Assembly (NCBI GenBank): GCA_004431415.1
Contig: QPMI01000420.1
Location: forward strand, 1-64,000
Length of the DNA stretch: 64,000 nucleotides
Reading direction: 5' to 3'
Source of the DNA: Cyanophora paradoxa CCMP329
Taxonomy: Eukaryota > Plantae > Glaucophyta
The position numbers were made by a program, and so were the translations under genes. The first letter of the stretch is position 1; every line of letters begins with the position of its first letter. The notes beneath the pieces are model-generated. The model made no database searches. It was not told the origin of the DNA and saw only the letters and a program-made list of their open reading frames with translations. Shown here piece after piece: positions 1-10,455 of the stretch.

Positions 1-387
1 TATTCCTAAGCTGGTCAAACATGCGAGAGTTTGAAGCATATCACGAGAGTTCGGAAACATGGATAAAGAGAGTTTCAACGGCATGTTCCAAGAATTCTGT
101 CATAGCTACCAAGCGATCATTCACGATAATACCGGTATTCTGTGCGATGGTGGGATTCGAAAAGCCGATATGATCGATGACCATCCGTTTACTAAATTCC
201 ACAAGGGGCGGCTTTTGAAGAAAAGGCGCAACAACAAGAGGAGCAAGCTACAAAACCGCCGCCTGTCAAAGATTCGACAACTGTATGCAAAACTTTATCC
301 AAATTTGAGCGTGAGCTTGAAGGTATCCCAAACTTTCGCAAATTTCGCCCAAGAAAAAGAAATGTTAATCAAGTGTAAGAAAGATAA
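1..387 (+). pseudogene. 3' end of A32-like packaging ATPase, copy A (apparent frameshifts, probably read errors)
   Basis: Matches 21202-21596 with scattered 1-bp deletions. Confidence 0.8.
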
Positions 388-389
388 TC

Positions 390-1054
390 ATGGTCTACCG
401 AAAGAAGCCTCAACATCAAACGTCGCTTCTGTAATCCTATCGCGGACTTGAAGAGTCTGGATTAACGTCGGGCGGCGGTCTCGAAATGCCCGAATATCTT
501 ATAGACACTCGCCAGAAGAGGTCGCCAAGCAAGAGGCGATTATTGCGAGTGCCACCGCGGACAAGGGCAACCAAGATAGCGGTAACGCCAAATGGAGGAT
601 TTAGCTACTGTATAACCACAGATGGAGGCGGCTCGTCGATGAAGCAACCGACAAGTACTAAAAGCCCAAGTTGTCGCAAGCCAGCACAAAACGCAAGACG
701 TCCCGAAGCCGCCGAAACCGAGCTTAAAAAGCGCGATCTTATCAAAAACACACGGTTCCTGTCGACGTTGTCATGAGCTTCGAAGAGAAAGTGCGAGACC
801 TCGAAATGAAAGTCTCTAACTACGAGAATGGATGCAAGATTATAACGAACGCAAGAAATTAAAGGGTCTCGTTAAGAAAGAGATCTCAAAGCTCGGATTA
901 AAGCAAAAGTCGACGTAGAGGAGATTAAAAGGAGAAAGACAGATGCGCAAGCCGTAACTCGTCAGCAATCGGTCGCCCGCAATATGCACATATAGTGCCG
1001 ACTGCACCAGCGAATTTCGCGGCAATGCTCGGTGGTAAACGCCATATCCGCTAA
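390..1054 (+). pseudogene. Homolog of the 227-aa hypothetical protein, copy A (frameshifted as assembled)
   Basis: Aligns to 21599-22282 with many 1-bp deletions. Confidence 0.75.
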
Positions 1055-1251
1055 TGACTGTGAATATCCGCAAGGCAAAGCTGAACCCGCCCGTATTTAG
1101 AGCGGTCTTATATGAACGCCCTTGCAAAACGGCATGTCGGCTCATAAACAGCATTATAAGGTCGACCAATTCGTAGGGAAACACGAGCAAGCAATAGCCT
1201 CATTCCTTTTATTTTCTCACATATTTAATACGTTGCCCATTTGTAGGGTCG

Positions 1252-1678
1252 ATGAATTTCATCACACAATGCATTGAAATGTTTCATTTGCATTTCACAA
1301 GCACGTGCCACAACTCTGTTGCGACACACCGTAGAGGTGATATTACGATGAAGACCATGGAGGTAGGCGCCTTTCTGTATATTCTAACCATAGCGACAAT
1401 CACAACCACCCACGATCTCGATCACCCTCGCCTGTGACCGCGGCTATGAGTTCCAATATCGAAACGCTCAGATAGAGGACGTGCATGTAGAGCATATTAG
1501 AAGGCGATCATGTCCTGAGTTTGTAGAAGGTCATTTGCGCGCTGACTCCCTTATCGATGTATAGATTGGATCAATGGCATTAGGCGACGATGAAAATGTA
1601 ACGAACCCTTATGTTTATCCTCAGCAACCTTATGTATATCCTCAGCAACAAGAACGAACCGTCTGGAATGGTTATTGA
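1252..1678 (+). pseudogene. Homolog of the 138-aa hypothetical protein, copy A
   Basis: Aligns to 22484-22900; carries an extra 21-bp tandem duplication at ~1606-1647. Confidence 0.65.
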
Positions 1679-1799
1679 GCGGTGAATTTCGGTGGCGCTT
1701 GTATCGAGCCAAGGGCAAAAATTGAAGGTTTCGGTAAAAGGTATTTAAGGCAAGGAAATAATACAGAGTGACAAAAACTATTTTCTCCGGTTATAGTAA

Positions 1800-2210
1800 A
1801 TGCGAAACCCAAGATTTCAAACCAAGAGGCAATGGCGGCACAGCAGGAAAGCGCAGACCCGGCGACCGAAAAAGGTGATTTCAGAAGAGGAGAAGGCGGA
1901 GAGATTACGACTGAAACGCGAAAAAGACGCCGAGCGGCAGCGAAACAAGCATCAGAGACAAAAGCAGGAGCGATTAGCCGCCGGAGAGGCTACGATATTC
2001 ACCCCGGAACAGCTACAAAAGATTGCAATTCGTAAACAGCAGCGATACCAAGACGATGAAGAGTATCGGGAGAAAATCCGAGAGAAGGCACGTGAATACC
2101 AACGAAGGAAAAGAGCGGAACGCAAGCTGAATCCGCCGGTGAAGCCCCAGCCGCAAAAGCCCGCTGGAAGACCCCGAAAGCATGTGGTCGAGAACGCGAA
2201 AAATTCGTAG
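1800..2210 (+). CDS. Basic coiled-coil AT-hook DNA-binding protein, copy A
   Basis: C-terminal AGRPRK; homolog of 23025-23438; preceded by the ATTTTCTCCGGT motif. Confidence 0.7.
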   Translation: MRNPRFQTKRQWRHSRKAQTRRPKKVISEEEKAERLRLKREKDAERQRNKHQRQKQERLAAGEATIFTPEQLQKIAIRKQQRYQDDEEYREKIREKAREYQRRKRAERKLNPPVKPQPQKPAGRPRKHVVENAKNS

Positions 2211-2373
2211 CGGAAAGTATCCGCACGATGCGAAAAATGATTAATTTTTACCTCCCTTTTATTCCCCGTATCGTCAAAAGCACTTAAAGAATTAGCGACA
2301 AGGGTATGAAAAGGAGAATTGGTAGATTGCGTCGAAATTATTTTCTCCGGTTATTTTAAAAGAACTAATAGAG

Positions 2374-5300
2374 ATGCCGCGCGCAACCAACAGAATCGCT
2401 AACAATGTTCGGGATGAAATTATCGGATACATTATGCAGGGATTGAGTCAGGATTTGCTAACCGAAGAACAGGCGCATTGGCGATGCACAACACAATGAT
2501 CGGAAGCCAAGCTCCAAACGCTGATAGACATTCGGGATACGCTGAATGGAATCATTAATCCCGCGTTTTCCGCAGGGCAAGCGGAAAGAAAAGCGCGCCG
2601 CTCGCACCAAGTTAATATAGAAAAGCAAAAGCAAAAAGAACAAGAGGCGAAGCGTTACAGCGCTTCGATCGCAAGCAAGAAAAGAAGCGGGCGAAAGAAG
2701 CGAAGCTCCAAGCGAAGCAATTCAAAGGACAGCTAAAAGCGGTAGAGGATGCGATTAAACGCACTATTCTCGATCCAATCGCCCAATATGATCCGGAAAC
2801 TCTCGCGACAATTAGTTCAAGCTATGGGGACCTGGATCCGGTGCTCGGTCGTCGGAGGTAATTGTTATTCCCGGAATTCCCGGAACATATATAAAAGACA
2901 GAACCTTTGTCACCTACGAGAATATAAGAGAGACAGTTTCGGTGAGGTGTTGCGAAACTTTGCTCTGGCAAAAATCGATAGAGTGTATGGAATTCTCACC
3001 GCTCAAAATCGTTATTATTCGGAAGAGAGAGATTCAATCTTCTATTTACTCGAAACTACGATGAATTGAAGATTGGTCTGGGAACTTTCGGACAAGCATA
3101 CGAGATGTTCTTCTTTAAGACACACCAACGAGGAACAGAAAAACCTACGCAAAGTTTCGATGATTTTGGCGCAGTGTCGATGATGCCTTTATAACTGTTC
3201 ATGAGGTCGCGATCGATGGGAGGAAGGTGTCGAGGACGATGGAGCCGGTGCTATACCTGGCAATCGCTATGAGTTTCTGGATGAGGAGCTAATGGACAGC
3301 ATGCGATGCACCGCGATTATGAGCAAATTCACAGACTACACATTAAATCCAAACGCGTCTGAGTTCGAAGATATTATTGAGCTTCCCAAATCATCGACAT
3401 CTAACGCTTGCGGCTATGATATGATCATCTCCACATGGGGAGCGTCCATTAAGAAGTGTCAGGAGGCGCCAAAACCGCGATATACTGACTTAACTATGTC
3501 GTACGACGGTCTCTATAAATTCTTTCACGGTCGTGAATGCACACCTGGCGACTCTCTGGCTCTCACCCTCCGCCATATCGAGAAATTCTGTAAGAGAATT
3601 CAGACAGGCTTCCGCGTCTTTGATGTCGACGGAAAGTTAGTATACAAATTCGCGTCGGAATCAATTAACAAAAACATCTTTCCCCGCAATATTCACTTTA
3701 TGATTCACAACAAGCACATCTATATATTCAACGATAACATCAAGTCGCTCGAAATGCGCATGGCAAAGATGGAGGTCGAAGAGCTCGAAAGTCATGTTCC
3801 TAAGTCGACCTCTTCGTTAGCACTCTATAAAATTCCGACGTGTCTTACTCACGATATCTTCGCGCACACATCCAAGGATTTGTTAAAGATCACGCAACTT
3901 AAACTATCGCCCGACGAGCGCAGTTTCATCCGCATTCTTTATACTGGGCGCGAAGGTCTGGAAGGTCTTCTATTTACGTTCCTGAAAATGCGATATGAGC
4001 CCGCAGTGAAGCTAACACCATCGAAACAGATCGACAGCATCACATTCAAAGCTAATGGCTCGATGTTCTCTATCAAAGATCCACGCACAACCGACCACTT
4101 TATTGAGCAAGATTTCGAAACAGAGGAGTATTATAATAAGGTCTGTGAAATCGGGAAGGGATTCCGCGAGTCGCTACTGAATACCACGAATATCTCACAT
4201 TACAGCCCGAACATGCGCGAAATTCTCACGCACTACAAGCGATCCGCACTAAGCGGCTATTTCTATAAGCCGAACCCAAAAGCTACCTACACAGCTGTCG
4301 ATATGGCGAAGTGCTACCCTTCGATACTGAAAGGCATGCAATATCTTCCGAAATACAATGTATTCGATGACTTCGTTCCCTTTAAAGCGGGAAGCGATAT
4401 TCTCGAATACGCGATCTACTACGTGCGTGTGGTTGCGTTTGAGAGAGAGCAAGCGACTTTCGCCGACGATGAGGACATTGATTATGATGCGCCATGTCTC
4501 GCAAGATTGACGGAATCGAAATTATTCTGGATCGCGCATTTTCCGTGAGTGGTCGCTGTTATAATTTCATGACAGGCTACACTCTCTCCATGCATTGGGC
4601 GGACGTAAAGGACAAGATAGAGATTATCGCGGTCGCGGAGCCTTCGCATTTGGTGCCCAATACGTCGATCGCTGAGATGCAAAAAGTGCTTTCAAGTGAC
4701 ATTCAAACCACGGACAAGAAACACATTTTAGTGAAAGAGATCGGAATGCTCGGCAAATTCCAAGACTCGCAAACATCCACGAAAATGTTCTACAACCGTG
4801 CCGAGGCTGAGAGGTTCACCCAAGAATGCGGAGGAACAGTAGAGGTGTTTACTTTCAATCCTAAGAATTCGAAACGTGTCAAAACTCTTAGCGAATTCGA
4901 AGGTCACATCTATTTCGTTAAGATCAGCTCCCACCGCGAGCTCGTTAATGGATTCCTTCCTATCCACTTTCATATTTACGATCGTAACCGCGCTAATATG
5001 TTTGCGCAATACAAGCGCCTGACAGCGCGCGGGCACAAGGTTGCCGGGATCAGAACGGATTGCCTATATATCGAAGGTTCATGGACAAGTAAGAAAGAGT
5101 TCGACCGAAATGCGTTTGAGAACATGGGCAAATTCAGCTATATTCCCGGGAAAAGATGCCCTGAAAATGCACTCCGCCCACCACGGGTGTAACTCTCGAA
5201 TTTCAGGATCCCGAGACACTCATTAACCGGTTCTCGCTGAGGGACGAATTTAATCCGGAGTGCTTTAATTGGGTTGCGGAGCTCCATAATCGTATGCTTG

Positions 5301-6667
5301 TCCTTGCTGACATGCCCGGAAGTGGAAAGTCGACCCTCGGGATTAATTGCTTCGCCTCTCAAAAGTCGAATTGCTTAGTTATTTGCCCCTATAACAAACA
5401 GTGCGCAGAGCTAAGGGACTCTCTCAAAGTCCGCGGAATCGAGAATATCACCGTTCGCACTTTGTATAATGTTCTCGGGATCCGTGTCTCAAATGATCAG
5501 ACCTACGAAGAGGCTATGAGCGAAAAAGACCAGAGGGCGTTCGTCTCCGAGTTCAGTCACATTATGTTCGACGAGATATTCGCGTATTCTGTAAAAGATC
5601 TCGCTAAGATCAAGTCGTTTATCGATCGCTATCCGGATATCAAATATTTGGCTAATGGCGATACCTATCAGAACGAACCGATTAATGATGAGCTATCGGT
5701 TTCTGATCGCAAGGGCTACTATAAGCGCGCTGTGCAGAGCATGTTCCCTAACGTCCTGAGTCTACGCATTAACAAGCGGCACAAGAAGGAGACAGACCGT
5801 GAATTAATTCGGGCGATTAAAGAGGATCTCTTCGAAAACGGACTCGAAGCCGCACAGATTATCTCGAAATACGGGTTGCCGACAATTAATGATCTAAACG
5901 CAATTCCTGACGGCTACTTTGGCATCGCTTACAGAAACGAAATGACCTTAGCCTATAACAAACTGATGCACGATAGACGAAAAGTAAATATTGCAACCGT
6001 AGAGGTCAACGGCATCAAATTCTACAAGGGTCTGGAAGTCGTTTGTCGCAGGTATCTACGCATTTCGCGGTCTGAGGGTGAGTCTATTAATGCATACACG
6101 AATTACACCTATCGAATCACCAAAATCACCAAGCAAATGGTCACATTAACTGACGTTTTCGATGGCGTCACGTTCGAGGTTCCGTGCGCGATGTTAGAAC
6201 ATTTTTCTCTCCCTTATGCAGGAACAGGTCATTCAACGCAAGGTCTCACACTTGATTCGGGCATTGTCATTTGTGAGGCTACGTTCCGCTATACCACTCG
6301 CGAATGGTTCTATACCGCTCTCACTCGTAACCGCGATCTGTCCACTGTGCTGATTTATACACCGATTCACAGATTCCAAGGAAAGAGCGACTACATCGAA
6401 TATCTGAAAACGAAGATCCGCGGTTATAAATGCCAGGATCAGCGTGCCGGGCGCGATTTCGACGAGGCGGATTATATTACGCCGGAGTGGATATTAGAGC
6501 GCAAGAAGCAACAGAAGGGCGCCTGTGCGCTCTGTTCCCTTCCTATTCCGATTGAGCCGCAAGATCCAAATTACAGGCTCGTCGTGGATCGCATAAACAA
6601 CAGGCGCCCACATCTTAAAGACAATTGCCAGCTCGCGCATCACGGGTGCAATTGCAGCAAAAAATAA
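2374..6667 (+). CDS. Replicase fusion: N-terminal region, vOTU-like protease, family B polymerase palm, SF1 helicase, HNH (single ORF after correcting indels)
   Basis: NACGYDMII...IHNKHIY (Cys/His). PolB motifs DMAKCYPS, KHILVKEIGMLGK, IRTDCL. SF1 motifs GSGKST, FDE, GDTYQ, HSTQGLT, YTALTR. C-terminal CALC...DRINNRRPHLKDNCQLAHHGCN. Frame breaks are repaired by comparison with copy B. Confidence 0.85.
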
Positions 6668-6685
6668 AAAGGATTAATTAGAAGA

Positions 6686-8068
6686 ATGTCAAGGATCGTT
6701 AGAAGGGTAGCGGGCGAGGAGACAGAGACCACCATACTACCTATCGCGGTTCCTGAGACCGAACAAGTCCCCCAAAAAATCACAAAACGCCAAGCAAAAT
6801 CAAATTTATTAGGAGATGTTCCTTTTAGCATTGCGAACCCGTCCTCTAAGATCGTGCGCCGCATGTATGACCCGAAGACAGGTTTTAAGAACCCGTCCGC
6901 GATATACGAAGAGCTGAGAAAAGAGGACAAGACCCTCACACTGAAAGAAGTGCAAGATGTCGCAGCGAAACAAGAATTTATGCAGATCAACAAGAAGCCC
7001 CCCGCACCGACCCAAACCGCTTTTATTCCCATTACAGCCCCGCCGTGGTGCTATCAAGCGGATCTCATCTTTTATCTCTCATATGGCAATTATAATTCCG
7101 GCTACATTGCAGTCCTTACTCTCATTGAGATGACGAGCCGAAAATCGTATGCCAAGAAATTAAAGAATAAAGAGGGCGCGAGTGTTGCTACCGCTTTTGC
7201 GGAGATGCTTACAGAGCTCCCCGCTCCAATGAAGCGTTTAGAGACAGATAACGGCTCAGAATTCATCGCAAAGGAGTTTCAGGAGATCGTTAAAAATAAC
7301 GGAATAGAACACCGCTTTAAACAGGTCGGAGATCACACTTCGCTGGGAATAATGAATCGCTTTCATTTGACCTTAAAAACGATGATAAACAACTACTGTG
7401 TCGCTTATAACACTGTGCGATTTATGGATAAATTGGACGACTTCGTTTTCAATTATAATAACACCATTCACAGAACCATAGGAATGAAACCCGGGGATGT
7501 TAAGCTTTCTGATATGGAGCGGATCCGAGCGGCTATTATTTCAAGGAAGAACACAATCGTAAAGGATATATTCAGCGACTTTAAACCGGGTCTCCACGTC
7601 CGTGTATTATTGCCGAGATCAAAGTTTGATAAAGGAGCGACCCAAAGGTATAGCCGAGAGGTCTACAAAATTGCGGGAAGGAGAGGAAACGCGATAGAGG
7701 TGCAAGATGCAGCGGGGAACGTAATGCCGAAGCTTTTTAAGCCGCACGAATTGCAGATCATTACAGAGGTCGAAGCTGTGGTGGAGCCATCAGGCAACGC
7801 TATTTTAGCGGCTGATGTAGAGGCAGCTTCGATCCGGCAGGTTCAAAAGGAAGGCATAGATGTCGCCGCAAGTGTTCCGAAAGGCGCATTATTGGAAGAT
7901 CGCGCAGAAAAGACAAAGAGGGCGCTGAGAGAGCTCGCCAAATTAACGATCGCGGGAACTGAGAAGCTCTCTGAGGTAAACAGTCAGCGGTGGTATAAAT
8001 CATTCAAGAATCAGAGCGCAAGCTATACAGCCCCTACTACGCGCATTCTTCGGTCATCTCGTTCATAA
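6686..8068 (+). CDS. Retroviral-type (rve) integrase, Polinton family, with D-D-N instead of D-D-E
   Basis: YQADL, TDNGSEF, GIMNRFHLTLK (canonical IVERFNRTLK), YNNTIHRTIGMKP, FKPGLHVR...FDKG...YSREVY. Confidence 0.92.
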   Translation: MSRIVRRVAGEETETTILPIAVPETEQVPQKITKRQAKSNLLGDVPFSIANPSSKIVRRMYDPKTGFKNPSAIYEELRKEDKTLTLKEVQDVAAKQEFMQINKKPPAPTQTAFIPITAPPWCYQADLIFYLSYGNYNSGYIAVLTLIEMTSRKSYAKKLKNKEGASVATAFAEMLTELPAPMKRLETDNGSEFIAKEFQEIVKNNGIEHRFKQVGDHTSLGIMNRFHLTLKTMINNYCVAYNTVRFMDKLDDFVFNYNNTIHRTIGMKPGDVKLSDMERIRAAIISRKNTIVKDIFSDFKPGLHVRVLLPRSKFDKGATQRYSREVYKIAGRRGNAIEVQDAAGNVMPKLFKPHELQIITEVEAVVEPSGNAILAADVEAASIRQVQKEGIDVAASVPKGALLEDRAEKTKRALRELAKLTIAGTEKLSEVNSQRWYKSFKNQSASYTAPTTRILRSSRS

Positions 8069-8108
8069 CAAACCCCGAAATTATTTTCTCCGGTAAATAT
8101 AAAAAGAG

Positions 8109-8423
8109 ATGGAGGGTGAAAAGCATTTCGTGGACATTCCGTATGATAAAAAAGACGTTGCGAAATCCCTCGGTGGAAAGTGGGATCGTGAGAATTCATG
8201 CTGGTATGTCACGAAGAAAGATCACTCTCTATGCTCTCAGTTCAAAACTCTAAGCTATGAGCAAGTGTATCAAAGAAACGTGAAGGTTTATCTCGATATT
8301 CCTTATGAATTTAAGGATCAAGCAAAGGCTGAGAAAGCCCGCTGGGATCCCGTTATGCGATGCTGGTATGTCATGGGTCTCGATCACCCGCTAATGGGCA
8401 AGTTTCCGATCAAGGAGCATTAA
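8109..8423 (+). CDS. Tandem DUF5710-domain protein
   Basis: Two copies of (Y/F)xDIPYxxKDxAKxxxxxWDxxxxCWY. Confidence 0.8.
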   Translation: MEGEKHFVDIPYDKKDVAKSLGGKWDRENSCWYVTKKDHSLCSQFKTLSYEQVYQRNVKVYLDIPYEFKDQAKAEKARWDPVMRCWYVMGLDHPLMGKFPIKEH

Positions 8424-8448
8424 ATATATATGTCGTTTTTTTCATTTT

Positions 8449-8841
8449 TTATGAAATTGGGAACCTTTGCTCGACCTGTAAGTCCCACTTTCGCACTTTC
8501 AGCCTTTCTTGTATGAGTTCGTTAATGTCCCGTGCTATACCCATCGTCTTTGCTTCGGCATTTGACCCGCATGTAAAGATATCGATCGCTAATAGCCCCT
8601 GGTCGCTATAAGAGTGAGCTGTGGCATGCGACTCATCTAATAGAAAGCCAATCGCGAAACCGGGAGGGGAATTAGAGCCATCGAAAATGCATGTGTGCTG
8701 GTGCACGATGCGCATATTGCGATCTGTGATATATTGCGATAGGTTCGCTGTGATCCACTCGGCGCATGCCTCCGGAGACTCGGTGAACGGGTCGGTTATA
8801 TAGTCGAGCATAACGTGGTAGCCGCGGTATCGGGAATCCAT
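8449..8841 (-). CDS. speD: S-adenosylmethionine decarboxylase proenzyme (prokaryotic-type, pyruvoyl-dependent)
   Basis: GYHVMLD near the N-terminus, LLDESH self-cleavage site, AHSYSDQG-LAIDIFTCG; 130 aa. Confidence 0.88.
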   Translation of the reverse strand: MDSRYRGYHVMLDYITDPFTESPEACAEWITANLSQYITDRNMRIVHQHTCIFDGSNSPPGFAIGFLLDESHATAHSYSDQGLLAIDIFTCGSNAEAKTMGIARDINELIQERLKVRKWDLQVEQRFPIS

Positions 8842-9230
8842 TATTATTTAAGTCGATATTTTTGTGAGCTATGTGGTTTCGTAGCCGCCAAATCGCGCCC
8901 TTTGCGAATCAGACCGCGCCACTTCGTAGTAGTGTAGAACTACTCTATACGCGCGCGGACGCAAAGTATGACTAGTGGAGCCCTCCGGGAACGCGCGCCG
9001 GCGCTCAGAATGTAGCGGACACCTCCGTTTTCGGGCACTTGTGCAGAAATCGAAGTCGGTCTTTGCTCCACGGTAGGCTAAGCTAGTCAAAGCATAACCA
9101 TCATGCCCGGAATCAAGTTGTGAGCACATAGCAATTGAGAGCGCGCCGAGATCGGCTTCCTGTCCAAAGTTATGCGGGAAAAACGGAAGGGGGGGTCTCC
9201 GCGAAGTCGCGATCGCCGGTGTTATCAAGT

Positions 9231-9258
9231 CGGGACTCGGGACTCGGGACTCGGGACT
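9231..9258. repeat. (CGGGACT)x4 heptamer repeat, copy A only
   Basis: Direct reading. Confidence 0.85.
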
Positions 9259-9378
9259 TGAAAATTGCAACCGGCAACAGTGGCAAGTCGGTCACTGAGT
9301 CAGTCACTGGTCAGTTATATACATATATATATATATGCCACGTCATCAATTGCTGAGCACACTACCCGGCTATCGGGT

Positions 9379-9565
9379 ATACTATCCGGCGATACTATCG
9401 CCCCGAGGTCATACTATCCGGCGATACTATCGCCCCAAGGTCATACTATCCGGCGATACTATCGCCCGAGGCATACTATCCGGCGATACTATCGCCCGAG
9501 GTCATACTATCCGGCGATACTATCGCCCCGAGGTCATACTATCCGGCGATACTATCGCCCCGGGT
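9379..9565. repeat. Tandem repeat, ~32-bp unit ATACTATCCGGCGATACTATCGCCCCGAGGTC, ~6 copies, copy A only
   Basis: Direct reading. Confidence 0.9.
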
Positions 9566-9629
9566 AATTCTATCCGGCGATCCTATCCTGATTGGTCGAC
9601 GAATTTGTGTGGGGCGCCGGCATTCCATC

Positions 9630-10455
9630 CATATATGTTTCCGGAGTCGCCGTGATGTGATGACCCCCAGTGTGTCGGTGACGTCGGTGTATATATGTAT
9701 ATGTCGGAATATGCGAAAAAAAGAAAAACCAACCACAAGCACGGAGGTTCAGACATATATACGAAATATATACATGACTGAATTGTTTATTTTTCATAGA
9801 ACTCGCATGTTGTTTGCATGTATCTTGCATAGTGGGCGGGGCGCGAGTTTATTTTAACGTGGTCTATCGTCGTACTTTGTCGTAAATATGCTAATCGTAC
9901 ATTTCGATTCGTACATTTCGATTCGTACATTTCGATTCGTACATTTCGATTGAAGTCGCAAGTTTGTGCAGGTGGGCATTTTCGGCATGCTTGCTCATGC
10001 ACAAACTCGCGAATTCATTGTACTCTATCGGTGGGGGTCACCTTGATTTCGTATTTGATTTATCCAAATTAAGGCTATCGGTGGGGGTCACCTTGATCTC
10101 GTATTTGATTTATCCGGATTAAGGCTATCGGTGGGGTCACCTTTATTTTTCAATTTGCTAACTGAAAACAGTCCGGAAACGATCGGGAACATTTCGTAAA
10201 AATAGGGGTCTTACTGTCCTTACTGAGAAATCGAGAGAGGGTTTTACGGCTTACTGAAAATGGTAAGAGATTAGAAAATAGGAGATTGATAGGGTTTTGT
10301 GATTGGTTTCAGTAAGGAAGGGTTAGATGTTTGAAAAATACAGTGCTAATTTATAATTTGTTACTGAGCCTTACTGAGAAATTTGAAAATGGATAATGGG
10401 CTTACTGAGAATGGTAGTGGGGAAGGAAAGAAGAGGGCGCGCAATTGGTGGGGGT
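9630..10455. repeat. Right terminal region (probable TIR) of copy A: 14-bp x4 (9895-9950), 50-bp x~2.4 (10025-10143), CTTACTGA motifs
   Basis: Non-coding and shared with 31005-31794; homology stops abruptly after GGTGGGGGT. The inverted partner is not in the window. Confidence 0.7.

Larger units (their letters stand above)
1..10455 (+). mobile_element. Endogenous Polinton-like virus, copy A (right part; left end outside the window)
   Basis: Colinear homolog of 21202-31794 (position 1 corresponds to 21202). Contains the ATPase 3' end, replicase, rve integrase, DUF5710 and AdoMetDC, then a repeat-rich terminus ending GGTGGGGGT at 10455. Confidence 0.9.

Noticed and set aside
1-3250. Dense frameshifts in copy A read as pseudogenisation or programmed frameshifting
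   Set aside because: Nearly all are 1-bp deletions, many in homopolymers, and they fade along the window. This is typical of unpolished long-read error.
4485-4500. Programmed frameshift in the replicase, since both copies break here
   Set aside because: The copies err in opposite directions (-1 and +1 C) around an in-frame consensus, and there is no slippery heptamer.
8869-9270. 133-aa minus-strand ORF (86-aa counterpart at 30102-30362)
   Set aside because: No motif, and differences between copies are largely non-synonymous; coding status unsupported.
9379-9565. CRISPR-like array
   Set aside because: Contiguous repeats with no unique spacers and no cas genes; eukaryotic context.
10361-10455. 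Natural C-terminus of the fibre protein
   Set aside because: It lies within the non-coding terminal region shared with copy B, so it is read-through across the junction.
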